A stretch of 64,000 nt of DNA from Bispira polyomma (Eukaryota): contig OZ287753.1 in the NCBI GenBank assembly GCA_965649765.1, positions 49,848,001 to 49,912,000 on the forward strand, given 5' to 3'. The position numbers and the translations under genes are program-made. The notes below the pieces were generated by a model that was given only the letters and a program-made list of their open reading frames with translations, searched no databases and was not told the origin of the DNA. Shown here piece after piece: positions 1 through 13,789 of this stretch (its first letter is position 1; every line of letters begins with the position of its first letter).

Positions 1-204
1 GACATAGAATTACAATATTATAAGTGTTTCTCTGGAATAGTGAACCATCTTTTACAAACAAAAATGTCTGTGGTATGTTTGTATCGTGTTAAAAGTTTTG
101 TTCTGATAGAATCTGAGAAGATCTAAATGTGTTTAAATATAGACATTTCCAATGTTAAAAGATAACCAAATTAAGGACAATTAAGTAGGTTTTTTCATCT
201 GTAG

Positions 205-3200
205 TATGTAGTATTGTTGATGTCTTTCAGTGGCACTCTGTACAGTGCTGGTATTCCTGGTGTGGACATAAGAAGTTGGTCACCAGGGGAAACTCAAATC
301 ATCGAGGATGGGGTTACAGTGAGTCTTGTTCCTGGGACATATGAGGTAATGTGTTGTTTTGACCAAGAAATCTATGGATTGATAGAATTATCGATATGGA
401 CATTGTAAATGACTTTCAAGAACAGAGTATCAATTTAAAAATATTTATATATGAAAAGTTGTCTAGGTGCCCTCCATACTGATATTGTGCACACGGTTTC
501 TTTAAAAGAATATAGAATCTGTGGCCTATTATATATCACAATGGCACACTTGGACGATAGCATCGGTTTGATATTAGTCTGACGCTCCTAGGAACACACA
601 GAGACGTCAATCTTTTTCATCCTTTCAATCTTCCCCTAAATTGTTTGAAAATTCATCCCGATTTATCTTTTCATCACAAAGATAGGTCGGGGGCCATTAC
701 AAGTTATCCTTCAACCCCCAGAGTTATTGTGACATTTGTCAAAGATAGATCTATTGATAGAAAAGATAACTTAGGGGAAACAAAGGATGAGCCGTTTAGG
801 AACAATTATTTCATCTACGATTCTATAATTCTACAGACAGAGATTATTTTTGAGATTATTATTGAGAATAGGACTTTGTTTTTTTTTTAGAATAAAATAT
901 TACAGTTGAAAAAATTTAAGCATCATGGGACCAAATAGAAAGACCAGGAAGAGGAGGATGGAGGAGCATGTGGAGGCACAGGATGATAAGAACCGACAAT
1001 TTGATGTGGGAATGCCCCTTGTCATCCCTAAGACACAGCTTTCTCACCGTTCACAGAACCTGGTGATTGAGCAGGAGAGGAACCCAGGAGGATGAGGGTG
1101 ATACAGCATGGGATGGAGAGTTGGCTTCCATATTAAGGAAACAGAAGAAGGAAAGAAGGATATGTTCAGTGACGCAGAGGAAAAGGCACTGGTGGACTTT
1201 CCGCGTGACCATGAATGGCTATACAACAAGAGAGACCGAAGATACAAAGACACCCAGGCTAATGACATGTTGTGGCTGGAGTTCTGCTCGGAAAAGGAAA
1301 TTGACATTAAATAAGTGGTTCCAATCACAGAGGACTATCTAAGGCAAGATGAGCACCAGGAAGTCCAGCCAGGCACTACCTGAGTTGACAAAGAGGGAGC
1401 ACTGAATCAAGAACACCTTTGACTTTTTGAAAGCTCACATCATACAACATTTCTTGAGAACCGCTGGCTTCAGACCTGTTGTATCCGTCTCTTTGTCCTT
1501 GGCTCCAGGAGAATCACCAACTTTCAGGGTGGGTCCCAGTCAGACACATACCAGGGTGCTGACACAGAGATAGAGTCTTCCTTGCTGGTAGCATTCCCTG
1601 GGAGTGCCTCGAAAAAGTCTTCTGTCTGTGCCAGATAAACTCCGAACCTCAAGGCAGCACTGTCTATTGAGCTGAGGGATACGCTGGCCAAGATGCAGGA
1701 CACCATCTCAGGCTTCTTCAAGGACACCATCAAGCTCAAGGCTGAGGGACTCAGGTGGACATTTCTTAACTGGTTGGTTTGGAGGGCGAGAAATTGCCAA
1801 ATGAACATTTCAACCACTTTAAAAGGGAGGCATTCAACCTTCTGAACACTATCCAGGACGGGGTGGCCAGATCACAAGCAGTGCCACAGTTCCAGCAGCA
1901 TCAGCAGTACCAGGCCAGATGGGTCCACCTAAATATGTACCTTGACAGCAACCACCACGGTACATGTACCAGCAACCCCAGCCAAGAGTGCCATGACCTA
2001 TTCAGCCCTCACATGTCAGACTGCAGTCAACAGTCCAGGAACCACACACAGCACCATATATTTTATCATCTGGAAGAGCCGCAACCAGCACCAGCCACCA
2101 GTACACAAACCCATCTTCAGTGGAAGGAGTATCAGACATACTGAATGCCTCGACAGCCTCATCGCTCCTCAGATGTTTTGAGTCAGTGACTGACAATCTC
2201 AGCTACCAGAACATAGATACTCCTGATTAGTTCACATGTCTTAATCCAGATCCAGAGCTAACGGATTCTACCCTGAACACTCCAACCAAAGTCATCCATA
2301 GTACTGAGCTACAAGCAAGCACAACAACCACTGATGTGTAGCCGCCTGCCTCTCCTCCTTCTGCTTCTTCATCAACACTAGCAGGCCCTTTTCAGGGCCA
2401 CCCAAAACATCCAAGAACAATGTTTTCAGCTGTTGTTGAAAAATACATAAAAAACTCACACGACAAGAAGCATACTGTCCCCATGAATATCTTTGATCCA
2501 TGAGTAATGTGTAGTGTCCATAGCCTTCCCTTTCCCTGAGCCATGGCTTGATCTAGAACCTTGGCCTTTCCCTTCGTCTTCTGGCCACCTGGACATGAGC
2601 CTGAGACTGATGCTGTACATTCAGTGCTTCCCAATTGTGCTTGCATATAGGCAATTACAGTCCTAAGTCCATTTGTTAGATTTATTATTCTTTGTAGGAT
2701 CATGTTAACTTTATAGTTTGAACCCATATTTAACGTCCACTCTAGTACCTGTTTAGGTTATATTGGGACGGGTAGTTGGAAATGCTGAAGGAAACACTGC
2801 ATGCAGTTGATCAAGATTCCTCACTGAAACCAGCGGCCCACAGTAAGAAACTACCACCTTTCCCACATAGGCATCGACGGGAGTCGAATTCACCCCGTCC
2901 AGAGGTGAAAGACCAGTGATTGTGAAGCGCAATGCTTGCAAACCACTAGGCCACCGCATTGTGAAAGGCGAATCTCAGTTTTCAGTTTGTATTCATGCCA
3001 GAAGACCATACCTTCTAATCTTATATACAAATTGCATTTCATATATTTTCAGGTACTTCTGGCTCTAAAACCTGACAGTGAATTCCAAACCAGTCAATTT
3101 TCAGACTACAACATCCTGATGGCCAATCTCCAGGTTCCTGAATACACCACTGGTCTGAACAGTTTACTTCATACTATCCAGGTACTGTTGCTTGTGATAC

Positions 3201-6200
3201 TTGTATGACCTAGACTAGAATTAGACATTGCTGCAGTAGCTTTGTATGTCACTCAACACTCTCCCCGTACTGTGGTGATTGTGATACTTGTATGACCTGG
3301 AATATAATTAGACATTGCAACAGTATGTCACTCAAAATAGACAGTGGATAAAAAAAGGTCTGGGATGTTCTGATTGTGGATCAAGGAAAATCAGTTCTAA
3401 CATGTCTAATATTTTCTAGATAATGACTCATACATCACTGGTACCATGAGGATTTTTATATATGGTGAATTACCTCAAACTTGAGTACTTCTTAAAGGCA
3501 TTGTTTATGTCAGCTGATAAATTTACTGAAATAAGTTTTTTCAAAACTTACATTTATTTACAACCTTGCAGTGAACGTTTAACAATTCCATTCTTGTTTT
3601 TAACATTACGAGGACATTTAGGAATTCCTTGTAAACTATTTAAAAATGATTCTAAATTTAGTAGCCAGCTTCAATTTTTTTTACTTTTTGTTGTTCTTAG
3701 TCATGTACCTGATCTAAAGTTTTGTGTATCTGTATTCCAGATAACAAGTAAGCAAAAGTCTCAACGTTGTAACAGTTTACAGTGTCCAGACCTGGTGGAG
3801 AGTCCACCACAAGTTGACAGTGTTTATGATCGACGCTATTGTGGCTGGGGTGAATGTAAGTTTCCTCTGATATTTTAATCGCTTTGTCTTTCTTTCTAAA
3901 TTCTGAATATATAAATAGAAAGGTTTGGGTTATGCAGTTGGTCGGGTGATTTGAGTATCATGTTCATAATGTCTTTAGTATCATGTCCAAGGGTATCATA
4001 ATAGTCTTCACTAACATATAAATTGTATTTTCTATGATTTCTCAGGAAAAAAGTTCTTTTGATAGAATTTCACTCAATAAATATCAGGTAGCTATCTGCT
4101 ATTTGCTTTAAATTCTGTTGAATCAAAATCGCAGATAGGTTGAGTCATTGAGGTTATTTTATTTTTCAGTTTAGGCAATGGGGTCTCATTACAGCTATCT
4201 CAAGCACATGTTTTGTATTTCAAAGTGTCTTTGTTACCCACTAGACCACAGTAGCAGATAACAACTTTTAAACTGTTTCAGGCCAAGGCGTAGGCTGTAG
4301 TAACTTCCCCATCTTAAACCCCTCCTTTGAGGCTATTGGAAACTGGGAGAGTCATGGAGATGGGGGGTTTGAGTACACAACAGAGACAGCCTCACATGGA
4401 GTCCAGTCTGTGAAGATTATCAATGGAGGGGCTCGGCAAGTGTTTACCTTTGATCAAGGGTAAGGATTGTTCATGCAAAGCCTTTATTTTTTGGGGTTGT
4501 ATTTATTATTTTAAGCATATAGTATGTCACCAATTTTGTCATGACATACTAGCTCCTAACCTCTTTAAATATGCTTGTAATAAAGCCTAATGTTTAAGCA
4601 ACCGATAAAATAACACTCTTACCAAAATACTTGACACACTGTGCACCAGCCATCAATAAAAGTGTCCGACTTTCTCCTCCACAAGCATGGTTAACCAAGC
4701 CATTTCTGACGCCAAACGCTGTAAGTGAAAGTAAGTAAATACAAAAGGGCGGCCAATCATTTTAATGGCTTTATGTCCAAGACTCATAAGGATCACTATG
4801 ATTCTCTTATCTCTGAAAATGATGACTGCACTAAAAAGCTATGGAACACAGTCAATTGCATTCTTCACAGAAAATTCACTACCAGATCACCATTGTATCA
4901 ATTTTCTGGCTAACCGAAAAATCTTTTATTGATCAAATTGGAAAGATCTGCCTTTGGCCATGTAAACAACTTTATTCAAGCACCCCCAGTCCCCTCTGTT
5001 TTTAAACTAAATCACTTCTCGACCATGTTTGAACCTGGTGTCCTTAAACTAATTACCTCTTTTCTCACATCTTGTGACTTAGATCTTATCCCTGCCTCTG
5101 TTATTTCTAAATGCTTTGACATCATTATTACACCAATCACCAACATAGTAAATTTATTACTTTTTGAAGGTAATTTTGCAGCCTGTTTCAAAACTGCGTT
5201 TGTCTCCCCTCTACTTTAGAAATCCAAATGTTGATAAAAACACACTTAAACACTTCCGACCAGTTTCAAACCTTAGCACTATTTCTAAAATTATTGAAAA
5301 ACCTGTTGCTAAGCAGATTAGTAAACATGTTCAAAAACAACAAGCAGCCAACCTTCATCGGTCTGCCTACAGAATACAACACTTAACGCAGAGTGCTGTT
5401 GCATGGACTCCATCCAAGATTGGATAATCTCTGCCAAACTCAAACTGAAATCTCACAAAACTGAATTTATACTAATTAGCACTTACAATGACCGGGATAA
5501 ACTCAAATCATTGTTTCCAAGAATCCAGATGGTGGATTTGACCCCTTTTTTTCTTTTGATGATCATATTTCTAGTATACATCGTTCCTGATATTATTATA
5601 TTGTGAAATCAAGAGAAACAGAAAACACCTATTCCGTTAAACTGCCATGGTCATAGCCAATGCAATTGTTAGCAGCCAATTGGACAACTGCATTTCACCC
5701 CATTTTTGACTTAAAATTACCAGTTGCAAAGGCTTACAGTCAATCCTGAATCACTTGTACATACTTGTGTGCCATGTGGGATCTGATATTCCTTGAAAGG
5801 CTTCACTGGCTTTCAATGTCACTACATATAAGACTGTCAATCTTAGTCACCCCCCCATATCTCATTGCTGTCTTAGAACAGACTTAGATGGGGAAATCGA
5901 ATTTCAATCTCTAATACCAGAACCAATAAACGTATTTTATCTGATGCCTTCTCTGTTGCAGCACCAATGCTGTGGAACAATTTACCAGTTAATATCAGAT
6001 CCCAGTGTACCCTCGCTGGTTTCAGAAACCCTCTTAAACCAACCTCCTAAGCTTGCTGGGGGCCACGTTGTCCTAGTGATCAGCAAGCATTGCTCTTCAC
6101 AATCACTGGTCTCTCACCTCTGGGCAGCGTGAGTTTGAATCCTGTCGATGCCTATGTGGGAAAGGTAGTAGTTTCTTACTGTGGACCACTGGTTTCAGTG

Positions 6201-7672
6201 CAGAACCTTGATCAACTGTATGCAGTGTTTCCTTCAGCATTTCCAATTACCCGTCCCAATATAACCTAAACAGGTTCTAGAGTGGACGTTTAACATCCAA
6301 ATTCAAATTTCTATGCTTGCTTACCCTCTGTAGAACTTGTCCTCTACAATATCAAACTTTCATTATTAAGGACAATGGTTGTCACCATGTCATTAGTGTT
6401 TTTACGCTTAGGAAGATGACTGGCAATTGGGTGCATTAAAAAACTATAACATCATATCTTATCAAAAAGGTATGTTAAAAATTTTAAAAACTATTGCACA
6501 ACAATAAAACATAAAGTATTCACTATTTTCAGAACTCGAGAGTTTACTGTAGAAGCTGACAGTAAAAATGAAGGTGTAAGTGGGGAGGATGGAAGTCTCT
6601 ACAGTATCTACTGTGATGTTAAGGTAAATATCTATAATCATATATTTTTTATCTTTAATATGTATGTCATAGTGAATACTACCATTAAGGTTAATCTCCA
6701 ATTCCCCTGATGAAAAATGTAACAATTTTTGGGGCAGACAACATCCAGCATCTCACAACAGCAAAACGTATTCAGTATTCATACTGGGCATATAATTTGT
6801 TCATGATTTTTGTGATATATTTTTTCATGTCACAGTTATGAAAGTCAAATTTTAAGCAATAACGTATTTACAATTCTCTCTGAAAATCTTTTTCATGATG
6901 CGCCAGATTCAGAAAAGTCCCTGATTCCCCTAATACAAATGCTTGATCCATGGGTTAGGGTTGAAATGCATTGCAACTTGGCAATTCCTCTGGATCAGGC
7001 TTTCTACTGCAACATAAATATTGTAACTTGTAGCATTTAGAGTGAATAGACACTTTATAAACTGCCCAGATAGTGTTTTTGTTCTTGTTTCCTCCCTAGC
7101 TTGTTGATGAGTCCTGGATGTATGGAGAGACTGCCAACTTTGAAGTGGGAAACTCTGAGTGGCACACAAAACTATTACAAGTGACTGCTGACCAGGTACA
7201 GATTTAAAACTATGGTTGTAATTAAACACAAGAAGTGTGCTAAAACTATTTTGTAATGTATTTAATATAAAGTACTCCATGCGAGTCCATTGTTGAAAAC
7301 TCTATTAAAATTAACAATAACATTGCAAGCATTATTTAAAGACTTCTAGTTATGTGAGACCTTATTTTGACATCAAAATGGTTCATACATTAATTGTTTA
7401 TTGCACTGTCCCCGCTTTTAAAAGGTGGCTGCTTACATGATATTTTATATGCCCTATAGTTATATTTCTATATTGTAGTATAACTACTCTTAGCACTCTG
7501 TGCACCATATTGTTGATCCCATTACTCATCAACAGTTCTTAGAATCTGTGGATATAATCTCACAAACATTTTCTATTCGCAGGACATAGAAGAAGGTTGG
7601 TGTTATGCCATGTTCGAGGGTTATTCAGAGGGAACTGCTTACTTTGACCACTTTAGGGTCACCAGCTGTTAA
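205..7672 (+). CDS. 3' part (7 exons) of a DUF4832-like (putative glycoside-hydrolase-associated) protein with a C-terminal CBM4/9-like domain; exons 205-345, 3053-3181, 3741-3855, 4282-4459, 6533-6623, 7100-7195, 7583-7672; 5' part outside window
   Basis: All junctions are GT-AG with compatible phases (0,0,1,2,0,0), giving 279 aa plus TAA. DIRSWSPG...PGTYEVLLAL...YNILMAN...TGLNSLLHTIQ resembles the DUF4832 C-terminus. ILNPSFE...W...HGVQSVKI...YSIYCDV...GTAYFDHFRV resembles a CBM4/9-like jelly roll. AATAAA at 7787. Confidence 0.82.
925..2300 (+). pseudogene. Degenerate MADF/Myb-SANT DNA-binding ORF of a PIF/Harbinger transposon (intronic)
   Basis: FSDAEEKALVDF..DHEWLYNKRDRRYKDTQANDMLW...WFQSQRT.*GK...REH*IKNTFDFLKAHI; multiple stops and frameshifts. 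Confidence 0.75.
2498..2595 (-). pseudogene. N-terminal remnant of a Harbinger (HARBI1-like) transposase, convergent with the MADF ORF
   Basis: Minus strand reads ARRRRERPRF*IKPWLREREGYGHYTLLM, matching the R-rich W..PWL..R..G.Y..L start of Harbinger transposases. Confidence 0.6.
2718..2957 (-). mobile_element. tRNA-derived SINE (family 1)
   Basis: A box TGGCCTAGTGG, B-box-like ATTCGACTCC, 3' end GTGGACGTTAAA; homologous to 6058-6310 and 47144-47259. Confidence 0.85.
4530..6450 (+). mobile_element. Degenerate L2/CR1-group LINE, interrupted by a SINE
   Basis: SCDLDLIP, FKTAFVSPLL, FRPVSNLSTISKIIEK, LKLKSHKTEFILI, AFSVAAPMLWNNLP, with frameshifts. Confidence 0.85.
6058..6310 (+). mobile_element. 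tRNA-derived SINE (family 1) with ~11-bp target-site duplication
   Basis: Full-length homolog of 2718-2957; flanks CTAAGCTTGCT (6047-6057) and CTATGCTTGCT (6311-6321). Confidence 0.85.
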
Positions 7673-8044
7673 TATTATACTGATTCTAGCACCGAAACAT
7701 TGCACCAACGTTACGTGTGTAATAATGCATTGTTGTTTCTTATTGTAAAAAGTCCTTATAAACTGAAATAGCTGGAATTACATTGTAATAAAGAATTATA
7801 CATTATAAGTTGAAACTATAATCGCCAGAGACACAGATTCGAATTTTAACAAAGGTCATGACGATGTAAAGCCATAATTGAACTGTTATAATAAATATGT
7901 GCATTATGACATGCATATACAAAATACCTTATTGCATGCATTGTGAGACTATATCTCCTTGTTTTATTATACATACACATGGCCATTGTTTGTTCAATGC
8001 TTCAAACTTGCGAAATTAGGAGATATATTTTACATTCTGAGCTG

Positions 8045-8582
8045 GTACTATAGGAATTGTAAGTGGTGTAGGTTCTAAAACATCTAGATGCTGATAGTAT
8101 AGGGCTTGGAAGTGGAGTATGTACAAACACATTCAGAGAACCAAGTCCCGGGAAATTGATAGTATAGAGATTAGAAGTGGTATAAGTCCAAACACATTCA
8201 GAGGACACAGTTCTCAGAGACTAGTAGTACAGAGATTGGATGTTATGTAGGTCCAAACACATTCAGAGGTCCAAGTCACCAGGGTTTGGTAGTAGAGATT
8301 TTGGAAGTGGGTGGTTCCAAACAATTCAGAGGTCCAAGTCCCCTGAGACTGATAGTATAGAGATTGTAAGTGGTACAGGTCGAAACACGTTCAGATGTCC
8401 AAGTCCCCAGGGGCTAATAGTATAGATATTGGAAGTGGTGTAGGTATAAACACATTTAGAGGTCCAAACACATTCAGAGGTCCAAGTCCCCAGGATCTGG
8501 TAATATAGATATTGGAAGTGGTGTTGGTCCAAACACGTTCAAAGGTCCAAGTCCCCAGGGGCTTGGTGTATAGAGATTGGAA
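8045..8582. repeat. Minisatellite, ~63-bp unit, about 8-9 diverged copies
   Basis: Recurring TAGTATAGAGATTGGAAGTGGTGTAGGTCCAAACACATTCAGAGGTCCAAGTCCCCAGGG. Confidence 0.9.
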
Positions 8583-9109
8583 ACTATCAAGGCAGATGAT
8601 TTCAAATATGCCTGACAATTTTATAACTGTTAATAAAAACAGCATCACAATAAACACAATTAAGGCATACTGACAACGGTTTCAGCAACCCACTTTCTTA
8701 TATACCCTTAGCCCAGCAAACAGCGTGGAAATATACTGGGAAAAACAGCCTGGTGTAAAATATGGCACTACATCGGCAATATCTTTGAGGTTGACATTCA
8801 GGGCCAGCAAAGTGACCTCGAATGCAGCCTTCTGAGAGATTTATTGGTCCCACTGGTCAAGACTATTAAATTTCAGTACCAAAGCTCTGTGGCTTTTGTT
8901 TTTGTCCTTGACATATTATGGATTTTAATTGGTTGTTTACTTTGTTTGGAATTCTTGACCTGGTTTTGAACTATTGAACTTTGCTGTTGGGTCCCTTGTA
9001 ACCTTTTCTGTAGTATGTTTGGTATAATCTTAGCAACACTGGCCTCATTATTTGTTTCTGTACTATTTTAAAATTTAGTTACGATTTCTGGCACAGTTTC
9101 ACTGGTTTA

Positions 9110-9830
9110 AGGTTTTAACCTGTCAAAATGTAGAACCTTGGACTTGCTCTGGGCACTTGTTTTTGCTTCAAAAAGGATATCACTTAGTTTTTAAACAACA
9201 ACACATGGCCATTTCCATATATCTGGCTTCAATTTTGGACTTTTTCTATCTTTTTATGTACTGTCAAGATAATAAACATGGTCACCTACTTTATATTTGC
9301 TTGTACTAATTCTTGGATCACAGTCTTTCTTTAGCAACTTCATCTTGTAGGAACTTGAGTTGTAAGAACAAGTTGTAAAATACTATGCATTTTATTCTTC
9401 ATATCTGAAACATACTCACACTCATCTGTTCTTATTCGTGGCTCAGCAGTAGTACCAAATACCAATTCTATAGGCAAATTACCTACCTAACATCACTTCT
9501 GTATGCTGCTGTTAACACAGGTGAACAATTATCCCAGTATGTTTGATTTTGATTGGTATACACTACCATCGTGGTCAAATAGTATTCTGTTGAACCTTTT
9601 AATCATTCCATTTAACAGTGAATGATGACAGGGTGATGACCTGATACTTCCTTAAAAGGTGAAGCCTCATAATTACGACCTTGATCTGGATGCAAGTCAA
9701 ATGGCATACCTAACCAGGAGAAATACTCAAACTAACTTTTGAGCTACCAAGAACTTTGATATTGCATAAGCTTCGCTATCCATCTGGTGAAATAGTCACC
9801 CACCAGCAAGATGTTTTTATTGCGATAAAT
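9110..9830 (-). mobile_element. Gypsy-type LTR retrotransposon integrase remnant
   Basis: Frameshifted NKNILLVGDYFTRW, GMPFDLHPDQGRNYE, NGMIKRFNR, AAYRS, VLHFDRLKP. Confidence 0.8.
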
Positions 9831-9834
9831 ACTC

Positions 9835-11400
9835 TTACCTTATCCTCACTAATGCCTTTTAATTGGTTCACCTAAATATCCGACCATAAAATCACTCGAG
9901 TCTTTTTTTCAAAGACTTTTCTTGTGATTATATTTAAGTTTCCTTGCTAAACCTCACTGCGCATGTGCAGGTTCCGATCCCAGGTCTCATCCTCGAGAAA
10001 CCCTTCGCAATTAATTTCATCGCCGTGGTGTAAACACCTAATTCATTGGATCGTTTTTTTTTTCAAGCTACTGACTCCTGTCTTCAAGCCATTATGGCTT
10101 AGCTAACAACCATTTCTGATTGGCTATCAAAAGTCGAGTCAGGTAATGTGTTGAGTGTGGCTCCAGATACAGCTAAAGAGGGTGAAGTGTCGCCTTGCTT
10201 GCAGGGTAGGACTAGCACCAGAAAGAAGGTGAGGTCTGATTCGCCCCAGAGTATGGACGTTGATAAAGATACAGACAAAGTGGATCCCACTCACAGACAG
10301 TTGTTGGCAAAAGTGCGCCAGGTGCTAGATTTAGAGACTGTTATGAGTCTAATGATCAGCCTGCAAAGATTTTTGGGTATGGAAAATCCTAAAAGCCTAC
10401 TATCCTACCTATGAGCCTACCACCTGTGGATGAAGTGGTGCAAAGAAGTGGTTGAAGTGGTGCAAAGAAGTTTTATGAGTCTGTGGTAAGCCAAATGCTT
10501 AGAAGCCACAAGTTTTGGGGTCAACTTCACTTAATAAAGGGGAGTTTTTGACTTACAAACGCCCAAAGATGAAGCTTTGTAGATCATATAGAATCTTTTG
10601 CCATTACTGCTCCTAAGTGTCAAGATGACTTTAAGGGTCAGGCTAAGGTTCAGGGACTACCAACAACTTACCCTTTGCCAGGTCGTCATATTATGAATAT
10701 GGAAACTGTGATGAGGGGGAATGTCCAGGTTCTTTCTTTTGTCAGCCATTTTGTTAGGACAATTAATAAATCTCTGAGTGAAGGTGCTGCTAGCTTGGGT
10801 TCTTTCGTTGAAAAATTAGATTCAGAATCTCAAAGAAATGACTTAAATGCTGCTACTAGTCATCTACAAGTGGTTCAGCCTGTTTTGACATCTATGGACA
10901 AGGCGTTAGAAACTACAGTAGACTCATCTATAGCAATGGCTGGCAACTTGCATATAACCAGGAATGATGCTATTCTCAAGTACAATGCTCCACATTTGAC
11001 AAATCATGAGGCCAATCGTTCAAGGAGGACAGGATTTTTGGGGCAGGATCGGTTTACTCCAGGGCCTTTAAACGAAATTGAGAAAAAAGTATCAAAGTCC
11101 AGGTCGCACAAGAAACTAGGTTTGATTCTTCATCTTATCAGAAGTCTGGTAACAACAAATCTTACTCGCAGAATTCACAGTATAATGTTCCCCAGGCTAA
11201 GTAGTCGTCTTATAGAGGTGGACACAATCAGAGTTACAGCACACACAAGTCCAGCTCATTCTCATCTACCCGTACAGCTCATGGGGGAAGGGGACATCGT
11301 AGGTGACGAATACAGAGAAGGGAGACATGGAGGCCGCTTGCGCGGCTACTGGCAGGTATGGGAGCAGTCAAAATGTCACCCTCGAGTTGTGCTGATTCTG
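9835..11400 (+). mobile_element. DIRS1-type retrotransposon 5' fragment (gag plus start of RT)
   Basis: ORF 10675-11547 has gag-like NL..TRNDAIL...FLGQD.F, then GGRLRGYWQVW...PRVVLIL typical of the DIRS pol start; truncated against an Ngaro fragment. Confidence 0.65.
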
Positions 11401-13650
11401 AAGCTCCCTAAGCATGATGCTCAGGGAAGAGATAGGAAGGAAGGACCCCCACCACACGGCTGGATTTGCATTCACATGTTTACTCTTGTTTTGCTGGGGT
11501 TAAAATGGCAGATTGTATGTGAGGGGACACACAAGCCAATTGATTGAGATGTGTTAAATGCTGATTAGTCAGTGTTCAGTTCATGATGGACAGAGTGTGT
11601 AATAAGAATAGTTTTAAAGATGTGTTTTTGGAACTGACACATTAGCTCTCTAAAGTGTGCTTGCTAGTCACAGTTCCCTATTCTGAGTGAGCATGAAGAT
11701 ATGTGGAATTAACCATTAAAAATGGATAAAAATGAATAAAAAATAAATTTTAAAATAAACCCAAACCCAACTAGAGAGAAGAGGGTATGATGGTGGATAA
11801 TGTAGAGGGGACTACAGCAGCTGCTTGTGAAGTGGATTAGAGGTATGTCCATATGGCTGAACTATGCCAGAGGCCATGTGCCATAATGTTCTAGAGTGAT
11901 ACATTATTGTTAAAAGCTGCTGTAGCACCCGATCTGTGAAAAGTATGAAAACTGTGGAATGATGGGTCAATTCCAAGGTGTTGTAGTATTTGTCTGAGTG
12001 CAGATCGGATGTGTGAATCAATTATGGGGTAATGTGGCAAAATGGACACAGCAAAAAAAGCAGCAGAAGAAGAAGTGTGTCTACAGTTAATGAGTGTTGT
12101 AAGGGCCAGCACTGGGTACATGTGTGGAACAGAAATTACAGGAAGTTAAATCACATGGGATGATGACCTATCTTGCATATTTTTGACCCACTTGATAATC
12201 ATGTGAGCACCCGGGGGGGCAAAAATGACATCTTGTCGTAGCAAGCGACGTGTTGGGTCAAATTTGGCCCTGGAGTGTGGTACAATGTTGGACATCCGTA
12301 AAAACCATAAAAAGCACTTAGAAAGATTGATCTGTATAGGATAGGGTCTTGTAGCATTTCACAGGCTTGTGATATGAGAGACATGTGTTTAATTGTGAAA
12401 ACATCCTTTGGTGTTGACCTGAATTAGGAGTTGTGTGTAAGACTCCTGATTAATAGGGAAATAGTATTATGGTGAAATATATCAGGAAGGATGTTGTACT
12501 TTTGGGTTATGAACTTCAATGCTGCTAAATAGTTCTTTACCACTCTTGGTGAGAGATTATTTTGTACTGATTATTCCATAAACGCCAAAATAGAGTGAAT
12601 GGAGATTTCTTGTGTCTGTACATAATGCAGAAAAGCTAGGAATGTCTTGAACTGTGATGTATATGCTGAAGTAGTTGATAGCCTGAGTGCTGACTGTAGC
12701 CTTTGGATGGCAGCGATTGCCAGAGAAGAAGATGCTGCTGTTGAACCTGTAATTATATATGAGAATCTAAGTTGTAGTATTGAATAGGCACGACTTTACG
12801 TGTACACTTACTAAGGGAGTGTAGTATTTCTTTACTAGGTATATGTTCAGAATATATACGCCATAAATAGTCAGCATATATATTGGCCTTACCCCTTATG
12901 TGTTGGATTTGTATAGTTATGTCGTGTATGGCACTAAGCAGCCAAAAACTTTTAACACAGGCAGCAAGGAAGGAATCTTTGGTCCTACAGGTCTTGACGA
13001 CCTGTATAACTGCCATGTTGTCACAGTTAATGATGACACGATGGTGTTCCCAGTCCTTACCCCATACTCTCAAAGCGACAACTACATTAAGCATTTCTAA
13101 TTGGCTAATGGCTAGTTTTTGACCATACAGGTCACACAGTTTAACAAAACCTTCCTTGTCTTTGGCCCTTGGGCATGCACATAAATAATTACCTATGTAG
13201 CAGTGTTAAGTGTAACCTAGTTTCTTCATGTGGGTCAGCTAATATGTCAGAACAGCGCTGGAAGACCGCACTTCCGTGGGCACAGCCAAACGCCACCGCA
13301 GGATCCAGGTAATATTTGTCATCCCATTTTATGCCAAATTTGACTACATCTACTGGGTCGACGCGCAAATTTCTAAAGGCCCTGGCAACGTCGACCTTGA
13401 ATAGTAATAGGTTTTTAGTGTTGTTTATTGTGTCAGTGATGTCATCTATGTTGGGAAATTTTAACTCTCATTAAAAGTTTCTAAGACATGGTCATTAACT
13501 GATGTCCCTGTGGATGTGACAAGTTTAACATTATACGTCTGTCACTGACATCCTTAGGCCTTATAAGGAGGGATGAGCAATGGTAGTGTGCATTTGGAAT
13601 GTTGGAAACAGGGCCTATGATGGTTGGTTGTGATGTAATAGTTTAATCAG
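11400..13650 (-). mobile_element. Ngaro-type YR retrotransposon, degenerate 3' half (RT fragment, RNase H, YR, B1/A2 junction)
   Basis: FKVDVARAFRN-like RT, INCDNMAV...HIRGKANIYAD RNase H, FHTFHRSGATAAF YR; junction hairpin 11630-11677. Confidence 0.88.
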
Positions 13651-13789
13651 GACACCTGTATAATCAGCTGTTTGCATGTAAAATGTTAAAACCGATTTTG
13701 GGACTGAATAAAATATACCTAATGTTACAACCACACTAGTGTGTGTATGTGGCATCATTTCTATCACTAATTGTTATATATTATAATTA

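Noticed and set aside
1-72. Additional upstream exon of the DUF4832-like gene (open frame ending at GTATGT)
   Set aside because: The translation shows no expected motif and the acceptor lies outside the window
8045-8582. CRISPR-like periodic array
   Set aside because: The whole unit is repeated with no unique spacers, there are no cas genes and the context is eukaryotic; it is a minisatellite
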